Of a stretch of 38,533 nucleotides of DNA, positions 1-9,877 are shown one piece after another. Position 1 is the first letter of the stretch. Each line of letters starts with the position of its first letter. The notes beneath the pieces were generated by a model, which ran no database searches, was not told where the DNA came from, and saw only the letters and a program-made list of their open reading frames with translations. Origin of the DNA: a virus (Duplodnaviria > Heunggongvirae > Uroviricota > Caudoviricetes); the IMG/VR virus record IMGVR_UViG_2721755643_000003, positions 1-38,533 of that record; one strand, given 5' to 3'. Position numbers and translations under genes: made by a program.

Positions 1-50
1 TCGTTTCGGCGTAATTTTCAGCAAACGATCAAAAGTGGTGAAAAATATCG

Positions 51-78
51 TTGACTCATCGCGCCAGGTAAGTAGAAT
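51..78 (+). promoter_or_regulatory. Sigma70-type promoter of the tRNA operon (-35 TTGACT, 16-bp spacer, -10 TAGAAT, A-rich upstream region)
   Basis: Hexamers read directly at 51-56 and 73-78, about 70 nt upstream of the first tRNA; A-rich UP-like stretch at 30-48. Confidence 0.5.
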
Positions 79-151
79 GCAACGCATCGAACGGCGGCAC
101 TGATTGCCAGACGATAATAAAATCAAGTGATTAACTGATTGCTTGATGAAT

Positions 152-227
<76 letters not shown>

Positions 228-281
228 GTTTAAAAGACATCGGCGTCAAGCGGATGTCTGGCTGAAAGGCCTGAAGAATTT

Positions 282-355
282 GGCGCGTTAACAAAGCGGT
301 TATGTAGCGGATTGCAAATCCGTCTAGTCCGGTTCGACTCCGGAACGCGCCTCCA
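282..355 (+). tRNA. cysT: tRNA-Cys (anticodon GCA)
   Basis: 74-nt sequence GGCGCGTTAACAAAGCGG...GCGCCTCCA with anticodon loop ATTGCAAAT; matches cysT from memory. Confidence 0.95.
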
Positions 356-367
356 CTTTCTTCCCGA

Positions 368-454
368 GCCCGGATGGTGGAATCGGTAGACACAAGGGAT
401 TTAAAATCCCTCGGCGTTCGCGCTGTGCGGGTTCAAGTCCCGCTCCGGGTACCA
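368..454 (+). tRNA. leuZ: tRNA-Leu (anticodon UAA), long variable arm
   Basis: 87-nt sequence GCCCGGATGGTGGAATCGGTAGACAC...CCGGGTACCA with anticodon loop TTTAAAAT; class II tRNA with extra arm; matches leuZ from memory. Confidence 0.95.
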
Positions 455-497
455 TGGGAAAGATAAGCATAAAATCAAAGCAATAAGCAGTGTCGTG

Positions 498-522
498 AAA
501 CCACCTTCGGGTGGTTTTTTCG
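498..522 (+). terminator. Rho-independent terminator of the tRNA operon
   Basis: Stem AAACCACC / GGTGGTTT with loop TTCG followed by a T-run (GTGGTTTTTTCG). Confidence 0.7.
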
Positions 523-993
523 TATTTGTATTTTGTGCAATGGCGGTAGAGTGGCGATGGTGTGGCGATATGCAGAAACAATGGTAGTGCACGTGCTGTT
601 TAAACTCTAAGGATGAAGCAGAATTCTTCTGCAGCTCCTCCGTATTTCGCATAGTGAACCAGGACCTCTGTTAAACAAAAATTTTTTTGGGATTTTTCCA
701 CTCGACTTCATTTTTCCTCCTGCAATCCACCAACAGGTACCTGCGCTAATCTATCTTTTTTAATCTGACAACATCTTGGGAAAAGGCAAATTCGTCAGAT
801 TTACTGTTTTTCTGCTGCCTCGAATGCCGATGTCTGAAGCACTGATAAGAGTTCTATCTCTTTGATATAGATCTTTTTTTTGATGAATTGCACGACATAT
901 TATCGTTATGACACCTTCTTGTTAAAGGTATTGTACTCCTCATCTCGATTTTATGATGTGGGCTATGATTGGTTAGTAATAGAGTGTATCGGT

Positions 994-1275
994 ATGCGAT
1001 GTGGTTTATTAATGGCAATCTGCCTTTGTTTAGTATCTTTTAGTGGATATGCAGCAACAGGAAAGTCTGATGCTCAGATCAAAAAAGAAATAATTAAAGA
1101 ATCCATTGAATCTTATCCAGGCAATTGTGCGTGTCCTTATAATCATGCAAGGAATGGTAGTAGATGTGGTGGACGCAGTGCATATAGCCGTAATGGAGGG
1201 TATGACGTGGTATGTTATGAGGGTGATGTTACCGATGAAATGATCCGGCAATGGAAGCAGGAGAATGCTGAGTAA
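994..1275 (+). CDS. Small secreted Cys/Gly-rich protein of unknown function (N-terminal signal peptide)
   Basis: ORF track 880..1275; likely start at the internal Met giving MRCGLLMAICLCLVSFSGYA signal-like N-terminus; AT-rich gene preceded by AT-rich promoter-like DNA (660-880); no family recognised. Confidence 0.4.
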   Translation: MRCGLLMAICLCLVSFSGYAATGKSDAQIKKEIIKESIESYPGNCACPYNHARNGSRCGGRSAYSRNGGYDVVCYEGDVTDEMIRQWKQENAE

Positions 1276-1351
1276 TCTCTTTTAACAGGTTTGTTGTGCG
1301 AGCATTATGTGCCGTTAACGGTACACTAGCTAGTGATAGTTCCAAAAAGAA

Positions 1352-1383
1352 AACCCGCAGTTCTTACGCTGCGGGTTTGTTGT
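1352..1383. terminator. Bidirectional rho-independent terminator between convergent genes
   Basis: Stem CCCGCAG / CTGCGGG flanked by AAAAAGAAAA on one side and TTTGTTGTT on the other, giving a U-tract on either strand. Confidence 0.6.
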
Positions 1384-1463
1384 TCACGTCTGTGAGATAG
1401 GGTGCCACTTCAGCCAACCTTAGCAACCGATTGACGGGGGATTGTTCCCCCGTCGCGGTTTCC

Positions 1464-1604
1464 TTACTGTTTACACTGTAAGAACGCCGCAAACTCCGCT
1501 CCCCAGAAGCTCATCCGTATTTCACACAGCGAACCGTGCAGCATCCAGATGATGAGGATTGCCGTCACGCAGAACGTGATGGCCGTAAGCGATTTTTGCG
1601 ACAT
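1464..1604 (-). CDS. Hok/Gef-family type I toxin-like small membrane peptide (46 aa)
   Basis: Own translation MSQKSLTAITFCVTAILIIWMLHGSLCEIRMSFWGAEFAAFLQCKQ; hydrophobic TM segment then SLCEIR and EFAAF, resembling Hok (SLCEIR...EVAAF); AAGGAG Shine-Dalgarno 8 nt upstream of ATG; below the 60-aa cut-off of the ORF track. Confidence 0.55.
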   Translation of the reverse strand: MSQKSLTAITFCVTAILIIWMLHGSLCEIRMSFWGAEFAAFLQCKQ

Positions 1605-2548
1605 AGCGCTTGCTCCTTTGTTGGAGAGGCGCTAACCTATCACTTGCTTAAGGTAGATATGTTAGGGCCTCGGTTAAACAGAAATGTTTTCCGGGGCCTT
1701 TCCACATCCGGCCTTCGGGTATTCCCTCCGACCATCAGCCGAAAGGCACCCGCGATTATTCTACTGATTTCCCGCTTCTCTGCTACGTAAAGTTTCACGT
1801 CACCCGTTCGGTTCTCCGCGAAAGTTAAAATTTTGCCGCTTTTGTCGCTGCTTTCGTGAGCGGTTTTTGCTTGCGCCTGAAAATAGTTACACAGTGAAAC
1901 TGTGTAACGCTGCGCCAAAACGATCCTTGTCCAATGTTTTGTTTTTACCTTTTATTTCATTGTGTTATGTGGTTCCTGTATGTGGCACTTTGGCGGCATT
2001 CAGATCCTTTAAAATGACGAAAACAAAAAATGGTTTTGTTTTTCATATGGTTAATTTTCCTGTCAGATCCTTTTTTAACGTTAATCTGGCAAAGCCTGGC
2101 AATCTTTGACACTTTGTGCCAGATGGCTTTTTTGTAAAGCGCCAGTGCTGGCGCGGTCTGGAGTGTCGTTTTGCACAAATTTATTTGGCAAAAAATTTTT
2201 ATCGTAAAGAGTGCAAGCGCGGGGGGCTTGCGCCCGTGCCGTGTGTTGGGCTCATCATGCCGTGAAATATCCACGTAGCGTGCGTGTACGCTTTCAGGCG
2301 TTACGAGCTGAATTCAGGGGGACTCGCGCGTTTATTTGCTTAAAGCATGTCGCAGAATGCGATACAGCGCGTCTGGTGGGGGGTGTTTTTCTGGGGGAAT
2401 GCCCGTCGCGACGGGCTTTCGTCTGGTTCGATGAATGAAATTTATTGATATATGAATAATTTCACGAAAGGCTTATTTGTCTGTATTTTGTGGCATGATT
2501 CTTGAGTGGTAAACCGGGCTGCCTGTGCACCTCTTCTCATCTGTAAAC

Positions 2549-4237
2549 TTACTGCTTAATCACGGTACTGTACTTCGCTTTCAGGTTGCCTGCCATTGAT
2601 GCCACCGTGTCTATGCTGCCGCTGTTGGTGGGCTGTGACGACCCGTTGTTGGTATGAGTGTGTTGTGCGGTGAGCTGCGCCAGTTGCTGAACGGTGTCGC
2701 AAAGATCCAGCATGAGGTTAAGTGTGTTGATGGTATTGCTGCCAAACCAGACCTGCGGGGCGATGATCTGTTGCATCTGGCCAGCGACGGATTTTTTAAT
2801 CCGGCCAATCTTTTCTTCCAGCGTTTTCGCCACATTGTGGGTGGTGCTTTCTGTGCTGGTTTGCCACTGGTGAGTAACGTCGAGTTCAGCGCTGTCGGCG
2901 TGCTGTATCAGTTTCTTCGTGGCGGCTACGGCATAGTCACCGTCTGCGATGTGCTGTATGTGGCCGCTCATCAGCTTATGAGTGCCGAGCACCGTTATGG
3001 TGTTGTTGGCCTTTACGGTAATATTACGAGTGGTACTGGTGCGCGTTTCCGTTGTGTTCTGGATGATGCGGTCGGTGGATTTCTCACGAATAACCTGATC
3101 GGTTTCACGCTGCCATGTGCCATCTGTATGCACACGCTGGAATACCTCTGCGCGTTGCTGTTGTAGTTGTTCGCCGGGCTTTATTCCCGGCAGACTCTGG
3201 CCGCTGGCGTGAGTGCCGGTGATGATGGGTTTATCCGGCCTGCCGTCAACGTGGGCCAGTGTAACTATGGTTCCTGGGGGCGGGTACTGGAATATCCCGG
3301 ATTCATTGCCGGCCATTGGCACAGGAACGGGGACGGCGTTATATACCGGTGTGTTCTTATCGGGGGTGCCGTTCTCGTCGAGCAACTGCACATTGACGGC
3401 GTAGCGTGGGCGAAATTCATCATGCAAATCCCCCTGGGTTGTGTTTTCAGTTGGTGAGATCACGCGTCCCATGCGTGGAAGGTGGGTTTTGTTGCCTATC
3501 TCGGGGTAAAGGGTTTCGATCTGGCGTTGTACGGGCGACTGACGGCCATCACTCCAGCTAATGATCATGCTGTCGCCCTGTAGCTGTACCTGATTTATAC
3601 GGTGATCGTTCATGACCACGCCGGGGCGCATCATGGGAATCGTCTGTATTGTCCAGCCATTTGCTCCGTGATCACCTCTGGTGATATCGACCGGCAATCT
3701 GGCAGGGCGTTTTGCAAAACGGCAGTCAGCAAAGCTTCCGGCGTAGATGATGCCGTCAACCGACGGATACCAGACGTAATCCGGGATACTGAATATGCGG
3801 CCAAGCATGGCCATCAGCTGATAACCGTTGCCATTGTGGGTCAGATGAGGGACCGGAGTGGTGGTGTAGCCTGCCTTCGGGAGTTGTATGCGTAAACCTG
3901 TATTGCCTTCAATGTGTCCTGCGACCTGTTTCAGCGTCGGATGCTGCATGGAGATGTTGAGCGGGTATTGCAGAATAGCAGCAGCTTCGCGCACCATCAG
4001 CTTGTGCAGCCCTCTGCCTGTACAACTGTCACTTTCCACATATCCCGAAAACCACTTTACAGGCTGATCATTGTAACCGATGGACAGCTCTACGGGTTTG
4101 CCGCGTAGCGGGGGAGTATTGTCGGCGGCGTTAATGGTGATAAAGCCGGTTCCCGCGCCGTTGAGACGCAACATGATGTTTTCTTCCACGACAGGATAAC
4201 GCCTGCCGTTAATGCAGAGATCACGAATTGGTTTCAT
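2549..4237 (-). CDS. Baseplate hub / central spike protein (gpD- and gpV-like, VgrG-like)
   Basis: 562 aa; N-terminal CINGRRYPV...LNGAGTG resembles the P2 gpD TLNGRDIT region; central GIFQYPPPGTIVTLAHVDGRPDKPIITG resembles the gpV/gp5 OB-fold; C-terminal HxH (GHIQHI); last gene of the tail operon. Confidence 0.55.
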   Translation of the reverse strand: MKPIRDLCINGRRYPVVEENIMLRLNGAGTGFITINAADNTPPLRGKPVELSIGYNDQPVKWFSGYVESDSCTGRGLHKLMVREAAAILQYPLNISMQHPTLKQVAGHIEGNTGLRIQLPKAGYTTTPVPHLTHNGNGYQLMAMLGRIFSIPDYVWYPSVDGIIYAGSFADCRFAKRPARLPVDITRGDHGANGWTIQTIPMMRPGVVMNDHRINQVQLQGDSMIISWSDGRQSPVQRQIETLYPEIGNKTHLPRMGRVISPTENTTQGDLHDEFRPRYAVNVQLLDENGTPDKNTPVYNAVPVPVPMAGNESGIFQYPPPGTIVTLAHVDGRPDKPIITGTHASGQSLPGIKPGEQLQQQRAEVFQRVHTDGTWQRETDQVIREKSTDRIIQNTTETRTSTTRNITVKANNTITVLGTHKLMSGHIQHIADGDYAVAATKKLIQHADSAELDVTHQWQTSTESTTHNVAKTLEEKIGRIKKSVAGQMQQIIAPQVWFGSNTINTLNLMLDLCDTVQQLAQLTAQHTHTNNGSSQPTNSGSIDTVASMAGNLKAKYSTVIKQ

Positions 4238-4787
4238 TGCCTGCCGGGCCTATCCAGTTATTGAGTTTGTCTGACATTTTCCAGAACCAGCCATGCTCTT
4301 CGTTTTTTTCGCCTTTGCCACCTGATTTGACGGCCTGTGCGTGCTGTTCAGCACTCTGGCTGCCAGCCGGGCCGCGTCCTGTCGCCTTTTCGGCACTGCT
4401 GAGTTTTTCTTTCAGAGTGAAGTCAACTTTCCATGCCATCAGGCCTGTTTCAGGAGTTGCGCCCACGGCACCGGAAAAAATCCCTTGCTTCATATTGACC
4501 GCTTTGGCATCCATGTTGGCGATGCGGTAAACCTGTTGTGCACCGTTAGCGGCTCTGGCTTCAGCCAGACGAAATAAGCGTGTGAGTGCTTCCGGCTGGG
4601 TGAACGGAATCAGTCCGGAAATCTGCAGCTCCTTGGCTTTTACACCCTGTTCTGAAGTCGCTGTTGATGAGGATTTTCCGGAAGCGTCTTTGTCTTTGAT
4701 GGTCAGCTTCACGCTGACACTTAAGCGTTTTAGCGGGATTATCTGACCATTAAGGGCCAGCAGTGGCGTTGTCGTGTTCTGGCTCAT
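4221..4787 (-). CDS. Hypothetical phage tail-associated protein
   Basis: 188-aa ORF on the tail-operon strand between the fibre chaperone and hub/spike; Lys/Ala/Ser-rich; no family recognised; GC content similar to core genes. Confidence 0.35.
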   Translation of the reverse strand: MSQNTTTPLLALNGQIIPLKRLSVSVKLTIKDKDASGKSSSTATSEQGVKAKELQISGLIPFTQPEALTRLFRLAEARAANGAQQVYRIANMDAKAVNMKQGIFSGAVGATPETGLMAWKVDFTLKEKLSSAEKATGRGPAGSQSAEQHAQAVKSGGKGEKNEEHGWFWKMSDKLNNWIGPAGNETNS

Positions 4788-5493
4788 TTTCTGCCTTCGT
4801 TATCCAGTTCAGCATCCCGGAAAGATCGCCTGCGAACAGGTGTGCATATGTCAGTGAAGCTGTGGGGTGCGGAATATTTTTCATCATTTCCCGGCGGGCT
4901 AAAACGGCGTCGCCGGTGTGCACGAACGCAAATGCTTTTGCCACTTTATCGCCTGCTCCTGCCAGTTCAGCGATTATCTGTTGCTGCAACCGTTGACGTT
5001 GTGCCTGAAAACCGGATAACGCGTTTTTCAGTGAGTCGACAGAGTTCAGCCCTTCGGCCTTCATAGCGTTAAGCGCGGTGTGGTTACTGATGCTGTTCTG
5101 TAGTGTGCTGGCAATAAGTGGTTGCGGAGCGGGTAGTCCGTTCTGTGGTGTCGCCGGGATTTGCATTCTGGTGATTGCCTGGGTGAGCTGTGTTCTTGCG
5201 CGTCTTAGCGTCTGCGTCAGAGTGGGTAAAGGGAGTGTGTCTGCCAGTGCTGACAGTTGACGAATAAAATCGTTATTATTGCTGCCTGTTACCATTATGA
5301 TGGCGATATCGCTGTTTTCGGTCAGGCCCGGGAGTTTGCTGTTAAGGTGGTTTATTGCGTTGACGGGGCTTAAATACGCACCGTCTGGCGTAATGTGCCC
5401 CGCTTCAACATCCCACGGATGTACGGCCATAGCTGAACATGTTATGGGGGTGATATTACCTGTCGGAAGCATCAGTTTTGCCGGAAACCACAT
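4750..5493 (-). CDS. Hypothetical phage tail-associated protein
   Basis: ORF track 4750..5688, trimmed to the Met at 5493, which has a GAGAGG Shine-Dalgarno 8 nt upstream and avoids overlap with the upstream gene; no family recognised. Confidence 0.35.
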   Translation of the reverse strand: MWFPAKLMLPTGNITPITCSAMAVHPWDVEAGHITPDGAYLSPVNAINHLNSKLPGLTENSDIAIIMVTGSNNNDFIRQLSALADTLPLPTLTQTLRRARTQLTQAITRMQIPATPQNGLPAPQPLIASTLQNSISNHTALNAMKAEGLNSVDSLKNALSGFQAQRQRLQQQIIAELAGAGDKVAKAFAFVHTGDAVLARREMMKNIPHPTASLTYAHLFAGDLSGMLNWITKAENEPEHDNATAGP

Positions 5494-5629
5494 ATCTGTA
5501 CCTCTCTTGTCTGCTGTTTTCTGGAATAGCTGCCCGGTCAGAAATGTGCACGGACTGGTGCGTCGCAATTTGTTTCCACTCTGGCATGCCGGTGTATTCG
5601 CAAAAGGCCTGGCGTTCGGGCCTTGGTTT

Positions 5630-6157
5630 TCACCCGGGCTTTTGTGGCCATTCAGGTTTTGCAGTGTCCACACGGCTGACCAGAACACTGTAGCGTTCCC
5701 ATGCTTCCAGTCGTGTGCGTTCCTCGTCTGTTGCCATATTCAGCCTGACAGCGCGTTCCAGCGGCTGGATGACTGATTCAGCTTCGGAAAGTAACGCGGC
5801 CTTTTGTGATTCGGCCTGTTGTTGCTGCTCGCCTGCCGTATAAATCCGCTTAACCACAGCTCCGTCCTTAAACATCCACTTCCCGGAGTCATCAGCACGT
5901 CGGTTGGCGGTAATATCAGGAACTTCGACAACGCTGAAACCTTCAGGATTAAGCGTTGAGGTATCTTTGGTAATGGCAACAATAATATTATTTTCGTCGT
6001 AAACAATCTTTATTGTATCTGGCTGAAAGTTCTTCACTTCCTCATACCAGTTTTTCCCGTCTTCAGCGTAAAGCCAGATGACTCTGTGCTTCTTTGTTAA
6101 CTCATACTGTTCCGGCGTTTTAGCGTTACCCGCTTTTATGTTCTTTAAGTGCATCAT
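5630..6157 (-). CDS. Tail fibre assembly chaperone (P2 gpG / Tfa-like)
   Basis: 175 aa starting [10 protein letters not shown]; immediately downstream of the tail fibre gene; size and N-terminus typical of the Tfa family. Confidence 0.75.
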   Translation of the reverse strand: MMHLKNIKAGNAKTPEQYELTKKHRVIWLYAEDGKNWYEEVKNFQPDTIKIVYDENNIIVAITKDTSTLNPEGFSVVEVPDITANRRADDSGKWMFKDGAVVKRIYTAGEQQQQAESQKAALLSEAESVIQPLERAVRLNMATDEERTRLEAWERYSVLVSRVDTAKPEWPQKPG

Positions 6158-6158
6158 A

Positions 6159-8165
6159 TTAAATACTCGCTACGTTATACCAGGTGCCATTAATCAGTTT
6201 TTGCAGCGGTCGGTAATACACACCGTTGACGTTATCCGCTGAGTTACGGCCGGTATCCGATATCGATATCCCTGACAGCCCGTGTCCCGAAGGTGAGCGA
6301 AACGTCCATGAAACGGTGTTGCTGCCAGGGTTGTAATACATTTCATGGCCATACCGCACATCCTGTACCCCCTCAGTTCGATGTTTATAGCGGGCATCGA
6401 AGTTTCCGTAATTTAACGGAATTACCTGTCCGTTTACGGCGAACGTGATGCTGTTATCTGTATTCCTCTGGCTGAAAAAATGCCAGCCTGAATCATCACC
6501 AAGCTCTGCAACAACAGGCCTGGATGGATTACCCCACAAATAAAACGCTGCATTTTTCGTGGAGTTGTTGGCGCTGGATAACGTGAATTTTCTGGCAGTT
6601 CCGGCCTGAATATTCTTAAAAGCAATAGTCACACCATTCTGAAAACGGAATACTCGCTGACCATTCGCATAAACATCAAGCAGACCATCGCCATTTTGTT
6701 TAAACCCGGTATCGTTATCTCCTAAAACGATTGAACTTCCACCTAACGCATTCGTCGTACCAATTCCAAGACAACCATTAATGACGGCATTAACCAGAAT
6801 ATTTAGTGAATCCCATTTAAGATTCATCAGGTCTTTAACCCGGCCGCCAGCGAGGCGGTGTCTCCATTTGAAATATTCATTACCGTTATCCGCCGTTTCA
6901 AACCACATGTAGGAATCGGTGTCTGCATCCGAATCATTTTTAAATCCAATCTTCGCCCAGTCAGTATTCCGAATCCAGGCGAGGATTGAGTCGTTTTCAA
7001 AAGTCAGTCCACCGGACAAGGTATCGCCTGTCTTTTGGACAGCGTTATCAGCCTTGTTTACCGTTTCCTGTAAACCAACGTTCTGGATAAACAGCGGTTT
7101 ATCGGGAATATCTGCTCCGTTCTGATTTTTTTGCAGCGCTCCTGTGATGCGGATGTCGTCACCTGCGGCTACAGTGTCCTGCGCGGTGCCAACATTAAGG
7201 GTGGCGCTGTCGCCGAGGCCCATATGCTTTCTGGCATCAGACTGGGCCTGTTCACCTTTGTCAGCAATTTCTTTCAGGTTCCCGTTACGGGTCAGGTATT
7301 CGCCATCAAGGCGGTCATTTAATGGTTTGCGGGTTTTTCGTATATCGGTGATCTCGCCACTGTCTGATATTGTGGCGATGGGTTCGACATAATGGGCAAA
7401 TCCTGAACTGTCGGTATAGTCGGCTGTTTTCTGACTCGTCAGGCTGAATATGGCTTTATTTTCCCCGGTCAGGGTACCGGTTAATGCCGCGTCAACATAA
7501 ACAGTTTGTGAAATTCCGGTGGCGTATGTCAGTGTGCCTTGTTCATCCAGCTCCACACGTAATCCGCGCAGATAGGCAATACCCGGCGCGAAGGTCGCCT
7601 GCCCGGTAGCCTGAGCGGTGAGTTTAAAGGCGTTATTAAAGAACAGGCCAGGCCCGTAGATATCCAGCGCCGCTTTGCGGGTGGCCTCGTCCATGCCGTG
7701 AAGCCGTGCCGTAAAATCAATCTGCCAGGTGCTTACTGGCGTGGTGATGCCGGTTGCGGCGCTGGCTCCGGCGTATTCCATAATTTCAGAATAAATCAGG
7801 GTATTACCCTGTTTGCCGTCTGCGGTTTTTATTTTTTTCTGAGGGTGAAGATATACCACCATACAAAGTGTATTTGTGGTGCTGCTTACCAGACCCAGCC
7901 AGTTAAAAGTAAAATCACCCGTGGACTCCGGCAGGGTAACGGAGTAGGCGACGGTGTTCTCATTTACCATTCCGTTGCGATCAACGTTCTGGCGGTGAAC
8001 TATCTGTGCATCGGGGGGCAATGGTTCGTTTTCAGACGGCGTGTCGGCAATGTTCAGATCCGGGATATTTGCAAATACAAACTGATCAATGATGATACGG
8101 TTGCCGCCTGCGGCTTCCTGCGCTTTCAGGCGCTCAAATGCTGAAGTGATAGCGCTCTGGGTCAT
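6159..8165 (-). CDS. Tail fibre protein (P2 gpH-like C-terminal receptor-binding region)
   Basis: 668 aa; C-terminal ~300 aa ([48 protein letters not shown]...[11 protein letters not shown]) closely matches the remembered P2 gpH C-terminus; N-terminal part differs. Confidence 0.85.
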   Translation of the reverse strand: MTQSAITSAFERLKAQEAAGGNRIIIDQFVFANIPDLNIADTPSENEPLPPDAQIVHRQNVDRNGMVNENTVAYSVTLPESTGDFTFNWLGLVSSTTNTLCMVVYLHPQKKIKTADGKQGNTLIYSEIMEYAGASAATGITTPVSTWQIDFTARLHGMDEATRKAALDIYGPGLFFNNAFKLTAQATGQATFAPGIAYLRGLRVELDEQGTLTYATGISQTVYVDAALTGTLTGENKAIFSLTSQKTADYTDSSGFAHYVEPIATISDSGEITDIRKTRKPLNDRLDGEYLTRNGNLKEIADKGEQAQSDARKHMGLGDSATLNVGTAQDTVAAGDDIRITGALQKNQNGADIPDKPLFIQNVGLQETVNKADNAVQKTGDTLSGGLTFENDSILAWIRNTDWAKIGFKNDSDADTDSYMWFETADNGNEYFKWRHRLAGGRVKDLMNLKWDSLNILVNAVINGCLGIGTTNALGGSSIVLGDNDTGFKQNGDGLLDVYANGQRVFRFQNGVTIAFKNIQAGTARKFTLSSANNSTKNAAFYLWGNPSRPVVAELGDDSGWHFFSQRNTDNSITFAVNGQVIPLNYGNFDARYKHRTEGVQDVRYGHEMYYNPGSNTVSWTFRSPSGHGLSGISISDTGRNSADNVNGVYYRPLQKLINGTWYNVASI

Positions 8166-8706
8166 TTTTCATCTCCGGTGCATAAAAATAGTGATAGCTG
8201 CCATGCCAGTATCCGTGTCCGATAACACAATCCGTGGATGTGATTATCTGAAGATGGTAACGGCGGCAGGTGCGACCGTACTGGCGAATTATCTGATTGA
8301 GTAATGTTGTATTTTCTGAGATCTGGTTGTCTGTCAGGCGCAAAAGAACAACATCCCAGTCTGTGCCTGGCTGGCGCTCCTGAATCTCCACATAACCGAT
8401 CCCCAGTCGTTCAAAAATTGCCCTGAATCCCGCCACGCTGCCCGCGTCCTGTGCGTTGATAAAGGCATATTTGACACGCTTTCTGTACAGCGTGAGCGGT
8501 TCGCCGTCAAAACGGGCTATATCATATTGCCAGGCTGTCAGGTTCAGAATGGATTCCGCACATGTCAGTGGGTCGGTCTGGCTCAGTGGCCATGTTACCC
8601 AGTCGTGCACCTTTCCCCAGAAACGGATAAAGGTGTTTTTCAGGCGGAGCACATCGCCGCGATTCAGCCATGACGGCAACTTAATGTCCGGTGATTTATC
8701 AGGCAT
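8134..8706 (-). CDS. Tail/baseplate protein I-like
   Basis: 190 aa; between baseplate J-like and tail fibre genes as in P2 (J-I-H); size matches gpI. Confidence 0.6.
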   Translation of the reverse strand: MPDKSPDIKLPSWLNRGDVLRLKNTFIRFWGKVHDWVTWPLSQTDPLTCAESILNLTAWQYDIARFDGEPLTLYRKRVKYAFINAQDAGSVAGFRAIFERLGIGYVEIQERQPGTDWDVVLLRLTDNQISENTTLLNQIIRQYGRTCRRYHLQIITSTDCVIGHGYWHGSYHYFYAPEMKNDPERYHFSI

Positions 8707-9877
8707 TCTTCACCTCAACTGTCAGTGTGTTCAGGCGGGGTACGTTCAGATCGCTGATGATATCCTCAAGGGAAAACGTCACGGATCCCACCAGAGGAAA
8801 GGTGTCATGCAGTTCGCGTCCCAGTTGCGAGAATGAAAAGCGACTGTATGGCCATGTGCGGGTTACGTCGTAGTTACTGTTTTCACGGAATGCACAACGA
8901 ATCAGGTTTTCAGTGCCTGATTTCAGGGCGTCGATATCGTTTTTGCTGATATTGGAAAGGTTTTCAACATACACCGTAACCGCCAGATCGTGGCGGGTTT
9001 CCGGCATGGCAAAACAACGCATATCATCGCCGTGGCCGTGATGTCCCTGTGCCATGATGTAATCATTCACGCTGTCAACCCAGGGTTGCGAAATAACCCC
9101 GGTATCCAGCAGCAGGTAGGCATTAGTTGTACCAGGTCCTCGCGGGGCGTCATGTAAAAAGAAGATGCGATCGATGGTCAGTCCGGCCTGTGCAGCTATC
9201 AGGCTGCGGTAAACTGCGTCAGTGTGATAACTGCCGGCAAGGTTAAACTGGTTACGGCAACGATCTTTTAGTTCGTCGTCACTTTCGCGGTTTGCGCCCG
9301 GTATGGTCAGCCAGTTATCACCGTTACGTACAGACGCAATTCCGTTAATCGCTTTGGGGAGTATCTGGTAATAGCCTGGTGCCAGATTGAATGCCGTACC
9401 GCTGTCGGTGGCGATCACATCAATAAGGGTGCTTTGCGTGCCTGCGGGGATAATTACCTGCTCGCGGGTCGCCATGGAATAAATCACACCGTTAATACGC
9501 TCCGTCTGAATCAGTGTGCCAGCCGGTACGGTCACACTGTCATTCTGGTTGTTTTTGGTAAAAATGATTTTACCGATCGCACGCGTGGCTTCCTTGCGGG
9601 TAAGCTTGAGGGCGGCAGCGAACAGGTCAACGAACGGCCCTCTGGCAGTCATCAGAAACAGATTATGCAGTACATTGTCAGCCAGTGTGTCAACAATCCA
9701 CACATACGGCGTGATAACCAGCAACTGAATCAGCCGCCAGAATGGCGACATGCGCGACGTATTGGTGATGAGTTTTTCATCATCTGCCACCTGTTGCAGG
9801 GTGTCACGTACGGTCTGTTCATCAACCGGCATTCCGCTTTCGCGCAGTATGTTTTTGAAGTCGATATTATTCTGCAT
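8699..9877 (-). CDS. Baseplate J-like protein
   Basis: 392 aa; order W-J-I-H as in P2/Mu baseplate wedge modules; 8-nt overlap with the downstream gene. Confidence 0.65.
   Translation of the reverse strand: MQNNIDFKNILRESGMPVDEQTVRDTLQQVADDEKLITNTSRMSPFWRLIQLLVITPYVWIVDTLADNVLHNLFLMTARGPFVDLFAAALKLTRKEATRAIGKIIFTKNNQNDSVTVPAGTLIQTERINGVIYSMATREQVIIPAGTQSTLIDVIATDSGTAFNLAPGYYQILPKAINGIASVRNGDNWLTIPGANRESDDELKDRCRNQFNLAGSYHTDAVYRSLIAAQAGLTIDRIFFLHDAPRGPGTTNAYLLLDTGVISQPWVDSVNDYIMAQGHHGHGDDMRCFAMPETRHDLAVTVYVENLSNISKNDIDALKSGTENLIRCAFRENSNYDVTRTWPYSRFSFSQLGRELHDTFPLVGSVTFSLEDIISDLNVPRLNTLTVEVKNA

Noticed and set aside
1640-1918. 92-aa - strand ORF upstream of the hok-like gene as a possible mok-like reading frame
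   Set aside because: It ends before the hok-like start instead of overlapping it as mok does; more likely untranslated leader sequence.
455-2548. Partial duplicate of the leuZ 3' end as an attachment-site repeat in the flank
   Set aside because: No copy of the leuZ 3' sequence seen in the flank, and the partner att site lies outside the window, so no att core is annotated.
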